This document shows, piece by piece, positions 1 through 9,758 of a DNA stretch of 40,314 bases. The translations under genes and the position numbers were made by a program. This stretch comes from a virus (Duplodnaviria; Heunggongvirae; Uroviricota; Caudoviricetes): IMG/VR virus record IMGVR_UViG_2563366990_000017, positions 1-40,314 of that record, one strand, 5' to 3'. Position 1 is the first letter of the stretch, and every line of letters starts with the position of its first letter. A model generated the notes under the pieces. That model did no database searches and was not told where the DNA came from. It saw only the letters and a program-made list of their open reading frames with translations.

Positions 1-1158
1 ATGCTCACCGTTAAGCAGATTGAAGCAGCAAAGCCGAAAGAAAAACCATATCGCCTTCTCGATGGTAATGGCCTGTACCTTTATGTCCCTGTGTCAGGGA
101 AAAAGGTATGGCAGCTTCGCTACAAGATTGACGGTAAGGAGAAAATCCTGACTGTCGGAAAATATCCGCTTATGACTTTGCAGGAAGCAAGGGATAAGGC
201 ATGGACCGCAAGAAAAGACATCTCGGTTGGCATCGATCCGGTAAAGGCGAAAAAGGCTTCGTCTAACAACAATTCCTTTAGCGCCATTTACAAGGAATGG
301 TACGAGCACAAGAAGCAAGTCTGGTCTGTAGGGTATGCGACTGAACTTGCAAAAATGTTTGATGACGACATTTTACCTATCATCGGCGGCCTTGAAATTC
401 AGGATATTGAGCCGATGCAACTGCTGGAAGTAATCCGCAGATTTGAAGATCGCGGTGCAATGGAGCGAGCCAACAAAGCACGAAGAAGATGCGGCGAGGT
501 TTTCCGTTACGCTATTGTCACCGGAAGGGCTAAATATAACCCGGCACCTGACCTTGCTGACGCCATGAAGGGATACCGCAAGAAGAACTTCCCGTTTCTT
601 CCTGCAGACCAGATCCCGGCATTTAACAAAGCACTGGCAACATTTTCAGGAAGTATCGTATCGCTCATTGCGACCAAAGTTTTACGCTACACAGCCCTCA
701 GAACAAAAGAGCTTCGTTCCATGCTATGGAAGAACGTCGATTTTGAAAACAGGATTATCACCATCGACGCCAATGTGATGAAGGGACGCAAGATTCATGT
801 GGTTCCGATGTCGGACCAGGTGGTTGAACTTCTCACTACGCTAAGCTCCATCACTAAACCAGTATCAGAGTTTGTTTTTGCCGGACGCAACGATAAGAAA
901 AAGCCAATCTGCGAGAACGCGGTGCTACTTGTGATCAAACAAATCGGCTATGAAGGTCTGGAAAGCGGTCACGGATTCAGGCATGAATTCAGCACGATTA
1001 TGAACGAGCACGAATGGCCTGCTGATGCTATTGAAGTGCAACTGGCACATGCCAACGGCGGATCTGTGCGCGGGATTTACAACCATGCACAGTATCTCGA
1101 TAAGCGCAGAGAAATGATGCAATGGTGGGCGGACTGGATTGATGAAAAGGTGGAGTGA
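1..1158 (+). CDS. int: Tyrosine integrase, P4/IntS-like
   Basis: 385-aa ORF with ATG at 1 and TGA at 1156-1158. N-terminus MLTVKQIEAAKPKEKPYRLLDGNGLYLYV is typical of P4-family integrases; C-terminal half has the R..HxxR..Y catalytic pattern (HGFRHEF, RGIYNHAQY). Identity is from recalled similarity. Confidence 0.9.
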   Translation: MLTVKQIEAAKPKEKPYRLLDGNGLYLYVPVSGKKVWQLRYKIDGKEKILTVGKYPLMTLQEARDKAWTARKDISVGIDPVKAKKASSNNNSFSAIYKEWYEHKKQVWSVGYATELAKMFDDDILPIIGGLEIQDIEPMQLLEVIRRFEDRGAMERANKARRRCGEVFRYAIVTGRAKYNPAPDLADAMKGYRKKNFPFLPADQIPAFNKALATFSGSIVSLIATKVLRYTALRTKELRSMLWKNVDFENRIITIDANVMKGRKIHVVPMSDQVVELLTTLSSITKPVSEFVFAGRNDKKKPICENAVLLVIKQIGYEGLESGHGFRHEFSTIMNEHEWPADAIEVQLAHANGGSVRGIYNHAQYLDKRREMMQWWADWIDEKVE

Positions 1159-1311
1159 TCCGCCTTAACAACTATCGAATATCACAAAGCCTTGTAATCC
1201 AGTGCAAAGCTTTGTTTGTCTCAGTTTTGTCTCATCAACCATAGCAAGTCATCGATCGATTGAGACTTGGATGATAGACTTCATGCCTTTGATTATTAGC
1301 TGACAAAAGAA

Positions 1312-1503
1312 ATGTTAAAGCTATTTGCAAAGTACACCTCTATTGGTGTGCTGAACACCCTTTTACACTGGGTGTTTTTTGGTGTTTGTATCCATGCAGC
1401 GCATACAAATCAAGCTATGGCGAACTTCGCAGGTTTCGTTGTGGCTATGAGTTTTAGCTTCTTCGCGAATGCAAAATTCACATTCAAAGCATCGACTTAT
1501 TGA
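1312..1503 (+). pseudogene. gtrA: Truncated gtrA (bactoprenol-linked glucose flippase), N-terminal ~62 codons only
   Basis: MLKLFAKYTSIGVLNTLLHWVFFGVCIHAAHTNQAMANFAGFVVAMSFSFFANAKFTFKAST matches the N-terminal half of phage GtrA (~120 aa full length), then a stop and unrelated AT-rich DNA. No gtrB or gtrC follows. Confidence 0.7.
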
Positions 1504-1599
1504 TCATTTGATAGCATATCCTCTACAGCATTATACGACATAAAATATAATGGAACTGTATTTGTAATTGATTTTAGTAAGAAATGCGAGTGAGAAAAT

Positions 1600-1630
1600 A
1601 AACCTAGTGATAATAATTAACACTAGGTTT
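1600..1630 (-). terminator. Rho-independent terminator downstream of tailspike (possibly bidirectional)
   Basis: Perfect 10-bp inverted repeat aaacctagtg / cactaggttt with an 11-nt loop, directly after the tailspike stop. U-tract on the minus transcript (attttctc), T-rich on plus as well. Confidence 0.6.
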
Positions 1631-1640
1631 ATTATATTTA

Positions 1641-3569
1641 TCAATTCGATAGAGTAACTGAAAGATGAGAGCCAGCTATAACAGTTAATGTATTCCCAGC
1701 CCTGTTATCTATGGTAAAAGCTCCATTAATGAAATCAGTAGAAACTGAGGCAACTACATTTAAAGTAACACTTCCATTAACATCAGGAAGAGTGAATTGC
1801 ATAATATTGCTGCCATTTGGAAGTATAGTACCACTTGGCGCAGTAATTCCTATTACTTGCGTCGTGCTTCCAGCACCACCAAGGTAAGAAATGTTTATAT
1901 TTATTGAAATTCTACTACCTTTAGCGATTGTCATCTGCAACTGATTTATATTTGAACCTATTGCTACTATCTTGTTAGAAGATACAAAATCATTTTTTAT
2001 TGAAAAAACAGGTGTAGCAACACCGATGACTGGTACGTTTGAAAGCTTAACAGGCCTTGGAAGTGATAAAGCCTCCCCTGCTCCTGAGTATGAAAAGTCT
2101 GATATTGAACAATTACCACCATCGGTGCCAGAAAACAATATTCCAGAGGTGTGTGAAGAGTCTGTGCTTATATCAGAAAAATGAATATTTGAAGAACCAT
2201 TACCAACAGTTGCTACAACGTGTCCTGTATTAGTTGTAAACTTCATACCAATAACATCAACTCCAGATATATTATTGCCAATGGCAAAACACACCCCACC
2301 TCCCCCCTTGCAGTAGGTTATCTCACCGCTAAATTTTGCATGACACAATCTCTCGATAGTGGCGTTGTTAAACTTAACCCTACCTCCTATGACTGTATTA
2401 ACATTAATTTCTCTACAATGAGTTGTATTTCCCTCTCCAAAATACATAGCAAATCCAGTATTTGAGTTATTTCCTATGAATCCACCATTGACAGTTAACA
2501 CATATATATCAGAGACATCAAATGTTCTTTCGAAATTATCTATTGTGCAATCGGTAAAATGCCAACCCTCATTATAATAAGGGCCACCGGTTGCAGTACT
2601 ATAAATGCCAATTCCAACAGTATCAGTAGCCGATGTCGCCCCAAATACAATGCTCTTATTACAAGCCAACTCTACTGTTTTCCCTGATGAAACAATCCCA
2701 TTTACGGTATAAAACATGCAGGAATCAATAAATATTTGACGAACTGCTTTTTTTAACAAAAGCGCATATGTAATCATTGAAGATGATACATGAACACCGT
2801 AAAGTCTTATCTGTTTAATATAGTCTTCATTGCTAGGTGTGTCGCTATCACCTTCAGCCTCTAAGAATGCACTTGCCGTTCCTGTAACAATGCAGCTGCC
2901 GCCCCAAATTGTTAATCCGATATTTTTACCATTATACTTAAATATAGGAGAACTACCTGTAGAAGCTGTTAACTTTGATCCGCCAAGATAAATAACCCTG
3001 CCATCAGGTATATTTATTGTTCTTTCAATAAGGTAGTCGGTAGGTTCCATATATACAATTTCACAATCATCAATTGCCATCTGAATAGCCTCGGTTATGT
3101 CTGAGGACTGTGAAATATACATTTCTGGTGTTACATACTTTATTGAATATTTAATTGCATTCTCAATTGTACCATATTTATCTATACCTATTAATGATGC
3201 TCCTGATGTGCTTGAAAGTCTTTGCTCCAGCTGATCAGGGTCATACTTCAGCACATTAGGAAAATAGAACTGCTGCGCACCATATGCATCATAAACAGCC
3301 ATAGAATGGCCTTGCACGGTAACGAATTTGGCAATCTGTCCGTTATATACTGGATACCCAGCGGCATTGATGACGATTGGCTGTGCAACAGGAACGTGAG
3401 AACCATCTTCGTTCTCTACATAAACCTGAATTTGGTTTTCAGGATTTACCGGGTCAGTGTCAATTTTACCGATATAAATTTTTCCATTGGCTACGGCTTT
3501 AAAAGAACGCGCCATAGTGAAGAGTTGCGAAGGCATGCTCACTACAACATTGGCTGTAATGTCTGTCAT
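1641..3569 (-). CDS. Tailspike protein (P22 gp9-like head-binding domain plus divergent beta-helix receptor domain)
   Basis: 642 aa with ATG at 3569 and GGAG RBS. N-terminal ~110 aa ([11 protein letters not shown]...[22 protein letters not shown]...[12 protein letters not shown]...NVLKYDPDQ) closely resembles the P22 tailspike head-binding domain. The rest is AT-rich, N/S/T/G/I-rich repeats typical of a right-handed beta-helix. Confidence 0.85.
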   Translation of the reverse strand: MTDITANVVVSMPSQLFTMARSFKAVANGKIYIGKIDTDPVNPENQIQVYVENEDGSHVPVAQPIVINAAGYPVYNGQIAKFVTVQGHSMAVYDAYGAQQFYFPNVLKYDPDQLEQRLSSTSGASLIGIDKYGTIENAIKYSIKYVTPEMYISQSSDITEAIQMAIDDCEIVYMEPTDYLIERTINIPDGRVIYLGGSKLTASTGSSPIFKYNGKNIGLTIWGGSCIVTGTASAFLEAEGDSDTPSNEDYIKQIRLYGVHVSSSMITYALLLKKAVRQIFIDSCMFYTVNGIVSSGKTVELACNKSIVFGATSATDTVGIGIYSTATGGPYYNEGWHFTDCTIDNFERTFDVSDIYVLTVNGGFIGNNSNTGFAMYFGEGNTTHCREINVNTVIGGRVKFNNATIERLCHAKFSGEITYCKGGGGVCFAIGNNISGVDVIGMKFTTNTGHVVATVGNGSSNIHFSDISTDSSHTSGILFSGTDGGNCSISDFSYSGAGEALSLPRPVKLSNVPVIGVATPVFSIKNDFVSSNKIVAIGSNINQLQMTIAKGSRISININISYLGGAGSTTQVIGITAPSGTILPNGSNIMQFTLPDVNGSVTLNVVASVSTDFINGAFTIDNRAGNTLTVIAGSHLSVTLSN

Positions 3570-3625
3570 TTAATTTGCTCCAGATACAAGGAATCGCCGC
3601 AGCATGGCTACGGTGAATTTTGGGC

Positions 3626-3650
3626 ATAAAAAAACCCAGCCGAAGCTGGG
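3626..3650 (-). terminator. Rho-independent terminator between the ant operon and tailspike
   Basis: On the minus strand: cccagc-ttcg-gctggg hairpin followed by ttttttt. Confidence 0.55.
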
Positions 3651-3669
3651 TCGTTGAGTTGGTTATCTG

Positions 3670-4005
3670 TCAGTAGTTATGTACTGAAGGAGGTAATTCT
3701 TTATTCTTAAGTCTCATCCATGCGGAAAGATTCGTTGGTCCGTCTGGCTCATTAATATCAACATCTCGTGTATGGTTGATTAAAACATCTCTCGCCATTC
3801 CGATAACATACGAGAACTCATGACCGTAGTCGTAGCATCTGCCGGAATAGTTCGATTGAATTTGTTTTAATGCCGGATACAGTTCACGGAATAATGCCTG
3901 TGAACGGTTGGCATAATCCCATAGCCATACAAGGCTGTTTGCTTCTTTTGCAGAAAGCTCGTTTGCTTTCTTCTCTTGTTTGCCGATAAACTCGCCTTCA
4001 AGCAC
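3670..4005 (-). CDS. Hypothetical protein (111 aa)
   Basis: ORF begins 15 nt after the ant stop but with a GTG start (4005-4003) and a weak RBS. No recognised domain. Confidence 0.4.
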   Translation of the reverse strand: MLEGEFIGKQEKKANELSAKEANSLVWLWDYANRSQALFRELYPALKQIQSNYSGRCYDYGHEFSYVIGMARDVLINHTRDVDINEPDGPTNLSAWMRLKNKELPPSVHNY

Positions 4006-4020
4006 TACCCTGTGGATGTA

Positions 4021-4548
4021 CTATACGGCCAGCGGGATTTGTTCAATTGAAAGTTCATCAATGCTGTCAATACCAAAACGCTGATGAACCATATTGTATG
4101 CATCGTCATAGCGAAGTCCTTTCTTTCCTACCAGCATGTTTACTGCATCGCGTAGCGGCGTTCTTTCCTCAACAGTGGTTTTCTTGCCTTTCACATACTC
4201 GCCATGTTTGCGAATTGAAGGTAGAACTTCTGCTGTTACCCACTTGCGGAATTTGTGCGGGACCGAACCTTTATTGACAGCATCGCGGCAGCGCAGAACC
4301 AATGTATACATACCTGATTCGCTAACAATGCTTAGATTCTGCTCACCACCAAGGGTGTAACTTAAAGTTACTCCCTTTTCATCGTCATCAAGTGCAGTAA
4401 TCGCCTTGCGTGAGTTAGTCAGGGTTAAAGCATCACAAACATCTTTTGCTACAAACCACGGCTCACCGCATTTGTTGATGACGCGGATTTCACTGTCGCC
4501 GAATTTGAAGATGGTGAAATCGTTTTGTGCCTTTGCTATACTTTTCAT
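4021..4548 (-). CDS. ant: Antirepressor, Bro-N domain protein
   Basis: Start moved to the internal ATG at 4548 ([24 protein letters not shown]..., a typical Bro-N start) with an AGGAAA RBS. Sits directly downstream of arc as in the P22 immI operon. Confidence 0.75.
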   Translation of the reverse strand: MKSIAKAQNDFTIFKFGDSEIRVINKCGEPWFVAKDVCDALTLTNSRKAITALDDDEKGVTLSYTLGGEQNLSIVSESGMYTLVLRCRDAVNKGSVPHKFRKWVTAEVLPSIRKHGEYVKGKKTTVEERTPLRDAVNMLVGKKGLRYDDAYNMVHQRFGIDSIDELSIEQIPLAV

Positions 4549-4616
4549 GTCAATATTTCCTAATCCGATTTGTTGATACCGAAGCCCTGACTGTTCCCGC
4601 AGTTGGGGCTTCAACT

Positions 4617-4778
4617 TTACGCGCCAATGCGCCCTTCCTTCTTAAAGCTTTCCATTACTCTCTGATAAATCTCAGAGTTAACAGACCGACCATTCTCTTC
4701 CGCCACCTTGCGTACCAAATCCAATACTTCTTTAGGCCACCGCAAATTGAACTGCGGCATCTTGCTCATTCCTTTCAT
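4617..4778 (-). CDS. arc: Arc repressor (ribbon-helix-helix)
   Basis: 53-aa product [53 protein letters not shown] is near-identical to P22 Arc. Start set to ATG at 4778; the ORF-track N-terminal extension is rejected. Confidence 0.9.
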   Translation of the reverse strand: MKGMSKMPQFNLRWPKEVLDLVRKVAEENGRSVNSEIYQRVMESFKKEGRIGA

Positions 4779-4792
4779 ATTCACCTCACAAT

Positions 4793-4813
4793 ATAGGTCC
4801 ACCGTGGACCTAT
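4793..4813. promoter_or_regulatory. Mnt operator-like palindrome (Omnt)
   Basis: ataggtccaccgtggacctat, a near-perfect 21-bp palindrome in the arc-mnt intergenic region, matching the recalled P22 mnt operator core AGGTCCAC.GTGGACCT. Confidence 0.6.
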
Positions 4814-4820
4814 TGAGAAT

Positions 4821-4841
4821 ATAGTAGAGTGCTTCTATCAT
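4821..4841. promoter_or_regulatory. Arc operator-like site (Oarc)
   Basis: atagtagagtgcttctatcat between arc and mnt, matching the recalled P22 arc operator sequence. Confidence 0.6.
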
Positions 4842-4868
4842 GTCAATACACTAACTTGGAGTGATGGC

Positions 4869-5123
4869 ATGGCTAGAGATGATCCGCACTTTAACTTCCG
4901 CATGCCTTTGGAAGTAAGAGAAAAATTAAAATACAGAGCAGAGTCAAATGGTAGATCAATGAACTCAGAATTGTTGCAAATCGTCCAAGATGCTCTATCG
5001 AGACCATCTCCTGTAAAAGGTTATCGCAATGAAGCTGAACGATTAGCCGAGATGCAGGCTGAACAGTTCAAGTCTGTGGTATTTGAGACACTTAAAAACA
5101 TGTATGGCAAGGATGCAAAATGA
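4869..5123 (+). CDS. mnt: Mnt repressor
   Basis: MARDDPHFNFRMPLEVREKLKYRAESNGRSMNSELLQIVQDAL... closely resembles P22 Mnt. Divergent from arc across the operator region. Confidence 0.9.
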   Translation: MARDDPHFNFRMPLEVREKLKYRAESNGRSMNSELLQIVQDALSRPSPVKGYRNEAERLAEMQAEQFKSVVFETLKNMYGKDAK

Positions 5124-5701
5124 TCGATTACAACCCAGCAAAAAAAGAAATCATCGCAGCTAAAAAGTGCCTAGAGCAGATGAAATCATCTACAAACCAT
5201 GATGATTTTGAAATGCACTGGCGAGAATGTCTTGGGCATATAGAAAAGTCTTTCAGTAAGTTGCTCTGTGCAACAAAGCCGGTTAGTGGAAAATTTAGCA
5301 GCCACTTCAACCAAAAGTTCATGCTTAGAAAAACAGACAAAACACTTGCTTACCTTCACCAAGCAAGAAATGCTGATCATCATTCCACTATGGAAATCTC
5401 AAAACTTGAACCTCCTTATACTACTCTTGGGGCATTTCCGGGAGCAAGAAGCCATTATATTAAAGAGTTAATCATTGATTCAACAGGGAAAATAGCAAAA
5501 TACGAAGGCGACCCTATGATAGTTGAGTTTCATCCAGCAACAACTATGCCTATAACCGTAAGAAACCAAGGCAAAGATTATCCACCTCCAACAGAACATC
5601 TTGGCGAAAAGCTTGTTGATATACATCCATCTGTTCTTGCCTATCTCGGTATACAATTTTATGAAAAATGGATAGATGAGTCGCGTGCAATGTTTAGATA
5701 G
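5120..5701 (+). CDS. Hypothetical protein (193 aa), AT-rich accessory gene
   Basis: ATG at 5120 overlaps the mnt stop (ATGA), so likely co-transcribed with mnt. Markedly AT-rich compared with flanking phage genes. No recognisable motif. Confidence 0.6.
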   Translation: MIDYNPAKKEIIAAKKCLEQMKSSTNHDDFEMHWRECLGHIEKSFSKLLCATKPVSGKFSSHFNQKFMLRKTDKTLAYLHQARNADHHSTMEISKLEPPYTTLGAFPGARSHYIKELIIDSTGKIAKYEGDPMIVEFHPATTMPITVRNQGKDYPPPTEHLGEKLVDIHPSVLAYLGIQFYEKWIDESRAMFR

Positions 5702-5918
5702 TTATTTTTGATAATTTCAAGTATTTCCTCTTGACTTTGATTTACCCAAACGTGATCACACTCATGAAACCAGATTATGCTTCCTGTTTCGCCTTGTGCA
5801 ATATAGGTGATCATGTTTTCATTAACAATTATTACTGAGTTATCATGTGCGCAATTTAGTTTTATCAATTCGCATATCCTATCGTGACAAAGTAACTAGA
5901 AAAACTAAAGAGGTTGGT

Positions 5919-6413
5919 GTGTCTGATTCTATGAGTTACGCTGTGCTAGTTGCCGCAACTCTATTTATGGGGATAGGGTTGCAGATTGCGTGGTTCTTTT
6001 TTTCTAGTTTTATTAAACGCAAAAGAATTGAATCAAGGATATCTGAGATTTCTATTGCTATAGGGAAAAATGCTGAAAATCCAGAGAATGAGGCCTGCGC
6101 ACTGAATTACCTTAAAGAAAAGTTTTCCCCTGAAAAATTTGAAAATAGAATTACTGATGCTCTTGGATTGGTAATATCAGTAATTCATATGCCACTAAGT
6201 TTGCTGATAACAGTGTGGTACTTCGCCATGATCGCCGGAAGAATATTTGGTTTCATGAATATAGAGCCTGTAGTTCTTTGGGTTCCAATGATACTGCAAC
6301 TGTTGTTAAGCGTTGCTATCTTTATTTTTTCTGTTTTTATAAAAATTGTCTTTGGAAGATACCCCGGAGAAGCTAAGGGATTTAATAAAGAATTCATAAA
6401 AACTATAAAATAA
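5919..6413 (+). CDS. Multi-pass inner membrane protein, possible SieA-like superinfection exclusion protein
   Basis: ORF-track start 5847 is GTG with no RBS. Preferred start is GTG at 5919, 5 nt after AAAGAGG (alternative ATG at 5931). Product has about 4 hydrophobic helices ([22 protein letters not shown]; [18 protein letters not shown]; [28 protein letters not shown]). AT-rich. Convergent with gp16, in the position sieA occupies in P22. Confidence 0.55.
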   Translation: MSDSMSYAVLVAATLFMGIGLQIAWFFFSSFIKRKRIESRISEISIAIGKNAENPENEACALNYLKEKFSPEKFENRITDALGLVISVIHMPLSLLITVWYFAMIAGRIFGFMNIEPVVLWVPMILQLLLSVAIFIFSVFIKIVFGRYPGEAKGFNKEFIKTIK

Positions 6414-6435
6414 ATGCCGTCCTTGGCTTACAGTG

Positions 6436-8277
6436 CTACTGCCGGGTCGCTTCGTTAGCTAAGAGCGGGCGCACGGCAGTAGCAGCCTGATTTAGCGCTC
6501 TTTCATAAGCTGGCGTTCCAGCTTTAGTGTTTGCCAGACGTAAGAGCGCATTCCTTGCTGCTTTGGACTCATACAAACGCATCATTGCACCAAAACCAGC
6601 CTCAAGCCCCATTGATACTCCAAGAGTCGCAGTTGCGCCAATCGTCCTTATCCTGTTGGCTTGTGATTGCCCCGTCTGAGTTACTACATTTGCGGTGTCT
6701 GACCTTGCTGTTTGCTGTAGAACTTCATGAAGAGCATCAAGCTCTTTCATGTGCTTTCCAGAAAAAATAGTGTTGTAAATTTCACCGCCTGACTGAGATT
6801 TCAGCTTATTAACTTCAGTGATGAACTTGGCTGGAGAGTCACCGGCCTTTTCCGCTATTTTGCTGACGTAAGCTGCACGCATAGCATCTTTCCCTTTATC
6901 ATCCAGTGCGCTCCAGATTCGTTTCACGTCAGATGGTTTTCTGCTTAATACAACGGTATTTATAAGTTCAGGACTGGCTTCACTGCTTGCCTTGTTGAGT
7001 TTGTTAGCAATGTTTTTATTAAGCACCTTATTATAAACGTTTGCATAATCGGAATTTGCTTTAAGGTATTTTGCTGCGTCTGACGCACCAAGGTTTTTTG
7101 CAACTGCGTTACGAAGGTCTTTTGACATTGCATTCTCTACCATATTGGTAGCTGCTTTTGCCTGGTTGGGGAAGACCATAGCATCTCCCTGAACATTAGA
7201 TCTAAATGCTGTTCTGTGCTGACGCAAGAGATCAAACGTAACATCCAAATCAGTTGCAGGGTTAGCTAATTCTTCACGTAGGTTACGCAAGGATGTAAGC
7301 AGGCTTTGATTGGCTGAAGTCCCAAGTCGTTCCTGTCTTGCGATCGCTGCATTCAGAGCATTCATGGTATTTGTGGTATCAACTGCGGCATTACCCATTT
7401 TATTGGTGACGTCATTGATAACAGCGCCAGCAGCATCCTTCCGCCCCCTTAACGTGATGGTCAGAGATTTCACCACATCATCCGGGTTGTACTCACCAAA
7501 ACGGTCAAAATAATTACTTACCAACTTACTACGCGTTGCATATTGCTCCGCTCGCTTTGAGCCTGTCCCGAGCAAAGCCCCCTCGGCATCCTGAGTAAGG
7601 CCGCGAGTGAAAGCATTTTTCGGCGGGATAACATCAGATGTCATTGGTGTCACGCCCATCGATTCTGATGTGGCAATTTTCTTCGCCACTTCTGGCGCAA
7701 TATCACCTTTTATAGCCGTTATTCCACGCCCTATTCCCTTTGCTGCTGCGGAAAGAACACCCTGAGCGGCAAGGTTAACTCCGGCATTTTTAGCTGCGTT
7801 TTGTGCGAAATCGCCTTTCTGATTTGCGGCCTCTGCCAGTGATCCAATAGCCATGCTTCCTGCCGTTCCAACTCCTGGAACTAAATACCCACCAATTGTT
7901 TCTCCAGCTTGAGCGTAGGGGTCTGTCGGTCTGTCTACTGGACGATAAACATCATCCAAAACCTTGGGGCCACCAAGCCCCTGACTGATTGCATTAATCA
8001 GACTTGCGCCACCCTGCAATACGTCAAATGGTATGTTTACCAGACCACGACCAGCCTGTTCTGCAATTTGCCCTGCACTTTGACCACCAGTGAGCCAATC
8101 GCCAGCTTGTTGCATCAATGATGGTTCTTCACGTGCTGGTTCATTATTGGCCTGATTAACTGTTTGTTGCTGAACAGCCTGACCAGCAAAATACTCATCA
8201 ATGGCGGTGCCAATATCTTCCGTGCTCGTACCATCAGGGAAGGTAAATGTCTTACCGTTTGCAGTTACTTTCATCAT
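6436..8277 (-). CDS. DNA ejection / internal virion protein, gp16-like
   Basis: 613 aa, Ala/Gly/Gln-rich. ATG overlaps the gp20 stop (ATGATGA). Position and size match P22 gene 16. Confidence 0.8.
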   Translation of the reverse strand: MMKVTANGKTFTFPDGTSTEDIGTAIDEYFAGQAVQQQTVNQANNEPAREEPSLMQQAGDWLTGGQSAGQIAEQAGRGLVNIPFDVLQGGASLINAISQGLGGPKVLDDVYRPVDRPTDPYAQAGETIGGYLVPGVGTAGSMAIGSLAEAANQKGDFAQNAAKNAGVNLAAQGVLSAAAKGIGRGITAIKGDIAPEVAKKIATSESMGVTPMTSDVIPPKNAFTRGLTQDAEGALLGTGSKRAEQYATRSKLVSNYFDRFGEYNPDDVVKSLTITLRGRKDAAGAVINDVTNKMGNAAVDTTNTMNALNAAIARQERLGTSANQSLLTSLRNLREELANPATDLDVTFDLLRQHRTAFRSNVQGDAMVFPNQAKAATNMVENAMSKDLRNAVAKNLGASDAAKYLKANSDYANVYNKVLNKNIANKLNKASSEASPELINTVVLSRKPSDVKRIWSALDDKGKDAMRAAYVSKIAEKAGDSPAKFITEVNKLKSQSGGEIYNTIFSGKHMKELDALHEVLQQTARSDTANVVTQTGQSQANRIRTIGATATLGVSMGLEAGFGAMMRLYESKAARNALLRLANTKAGTPAYERALNQAATAVRPLLANEATRQ

Positions 8278-9746
8278 TCCACCGTAAATTGAATGCCTGA
8301 TTTTGAGGTATATGATCCGGATTGACTCTGCTGCTGTTGGGTATTTGTCGGTTGTTGGCTATTGCTCTGTTGTTGACTATTTGCAGCACTTGAAACCACC
8401 AAAGCATCATAAACGCGACCAGACTGACCACGTAATGAGTTATATTGGCCCTGCATTTTTCGCATTTTTGTTTCAGTAGCAGCCTTGGAATCACCGGGCT
8501 GAGGCAGGTACATTTTGGAATACTCCTGCATCTCTGGCAGAGTAATTGCTGCACCTGTTTCTGGGCGCAAAATTGCATACAAGGCGTCTCTCGCATTTAC
8601 CATATATTGCTGCTCCGCTGGTGATAGGCTTAAATTTGCAATAGTCCCATCACCAAGAGAGCGATTTATTAATGCAACTCGCTTAGGGTCAATGCTTTTA
8701 CTAAGCTGATTCATTGAGTCCATTGAATCTTTTAATCGCAAAGCAAATCCTGCCGCCTTCTTGGAACCCTCATTAGCCTTATCTATGATGCTTTGCGCTT
8801 GTGGCAAGCTAATTGGTTTAATGCCATCACCAGATATAGGTTGGTTTAGTTTTCCTGCTTCCTCGCTGCCATCGGTGTAATACTTAGTTACCGAGCCATC
8901 AGGATTGGTTTCAACCTTAAGTAATTTCTTAGCATTGGGATTAATTCCCGCCGCTGCCGCAAATGCCGCTGCACCATCTGGATCCGCCTTTAACATTTGC
9001 GCGTACTGATTGTAATTCTGCATTGCGGCTGTTGGTGCATATGCTGACGTTAACGCATTTGCTCGGCTAATATCCTGCCCTCTCGCCTGAAGTGCCTCTC
9101 CTGCCTGATTGCTGCGGATTGTCTCTGCCAGTCTGCCTCGGTCAATCTCACGACCAACGATTCTGTCTTGTGCCTGAAAATATTGTTCTGGACCAAGTGC
9201 AGCCATTCCAAGGTGATCAACAAACTCTGTGAAACCTTGTGGATTTTGCTGATACATTTTAGCCACATCCAGAGGGTCTACTCCGGCACGAGTAAGCTCA
9301 GATGAGTTGTTCTGCAACCATGACATCATGGCTTCTGGGGATGAAGCTGCGAGTCTGGCACTTGCTGCCAGTGTGCCGACAGTGGAACGCTGGTCTTCAT
9401 CGACAAATTTCATGCCGTTTCTTACAGCGTCAAACTGCTCAGGATACTGTGATGCCAGTTTTCGCATTGCATCGCGGTCACCAGATGTATATGCATCAGC
9501 ATAAGCCTGCTGAAACTCTTGCTGCCGCTTCTGCTGATCCATCTGCTTATACATATCCATGACAGATGAAATGCCCTGCAAAGCCTGCAAGCCAACGTTA
9601 TTACGTCCTGAACGCTCCATCTCGTTATTTTGTCGAATGTATGCAAGCGTAGCGTCTGCATCACTTGCTCTTGGAGCGTTGGAGTTCATGCCGCCTAACC
9701 CGGCAAGAAGCGCGCCTGAATTACCAGCCTGTTGCCATGTAGCCAA
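8274..9746 (-). CDS. DNA ejection protein, gp20-like
   Basis: 490 aa. Apparent TTG start at 9746, 4 nt after a GGAGG RBS and just after the gp7 stop. Synteny 7-20-16. Confidence 0.75.
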   Translation of the reverse strand: MATWQQAGNSGALLAGLGGMNSNAPRASDADATLAYIRQNNEMERSGRNNVGLQALQGISSVMDMYKQMDQQKRQQEFQQAYADAYTSGDRDAMRKLASQYPEQFDAVRNGMKFVDEDQRSTVGTLAASARLAASSPEAMMSWLQNNSSELTRAGVDPLDVAKMYQQNPQGFTEFVDHLGMAALGPEQYFQAQDRIVGREIDRGRLAETIRSNQAGEALQARGQDISRANALTSAYAPTAAMQNYNQYAQMLKADPDGAAAFAAAAGINPNAKKLLKVETNPDGSVTKYYTDGSEEAGKLNQPISGDGIKPISLPQAQSIIDKANEGSKKAAGFALRLKDSMDSMNQLSKSIDPKRVALINRSLGDGTIANLSLSPAEQQYMVNARDALYAILRPETGAAITLPEMQEYSKMYLPQPGDSKAATETKMRKMQGQYNSLRGQSGRVYDALVVSSAANSQQQSNSQQPTNTQQQQSQSGSYTSKSGIQFTVE

Positions 9747-9758
9747 GAGACACCTCCA

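Noticed and set aside
94-1122. Minus-strand ORFs 94-318 and 925-1122 inside the integrase gene
   Set aside because: Fully embedded antisense in a well-supported integrase CDS; no independent start signals.
5659-5868. 69-aa minus-strand ORF spanning the gap between the two cargo genes
   Set aside because: Overlaps the 3' end of one plus-strand gene and the 5' region of the next, has no RBS, and is antisense to the apparent operon. It could be an antisense transcript, but there is no evidence for a protein.
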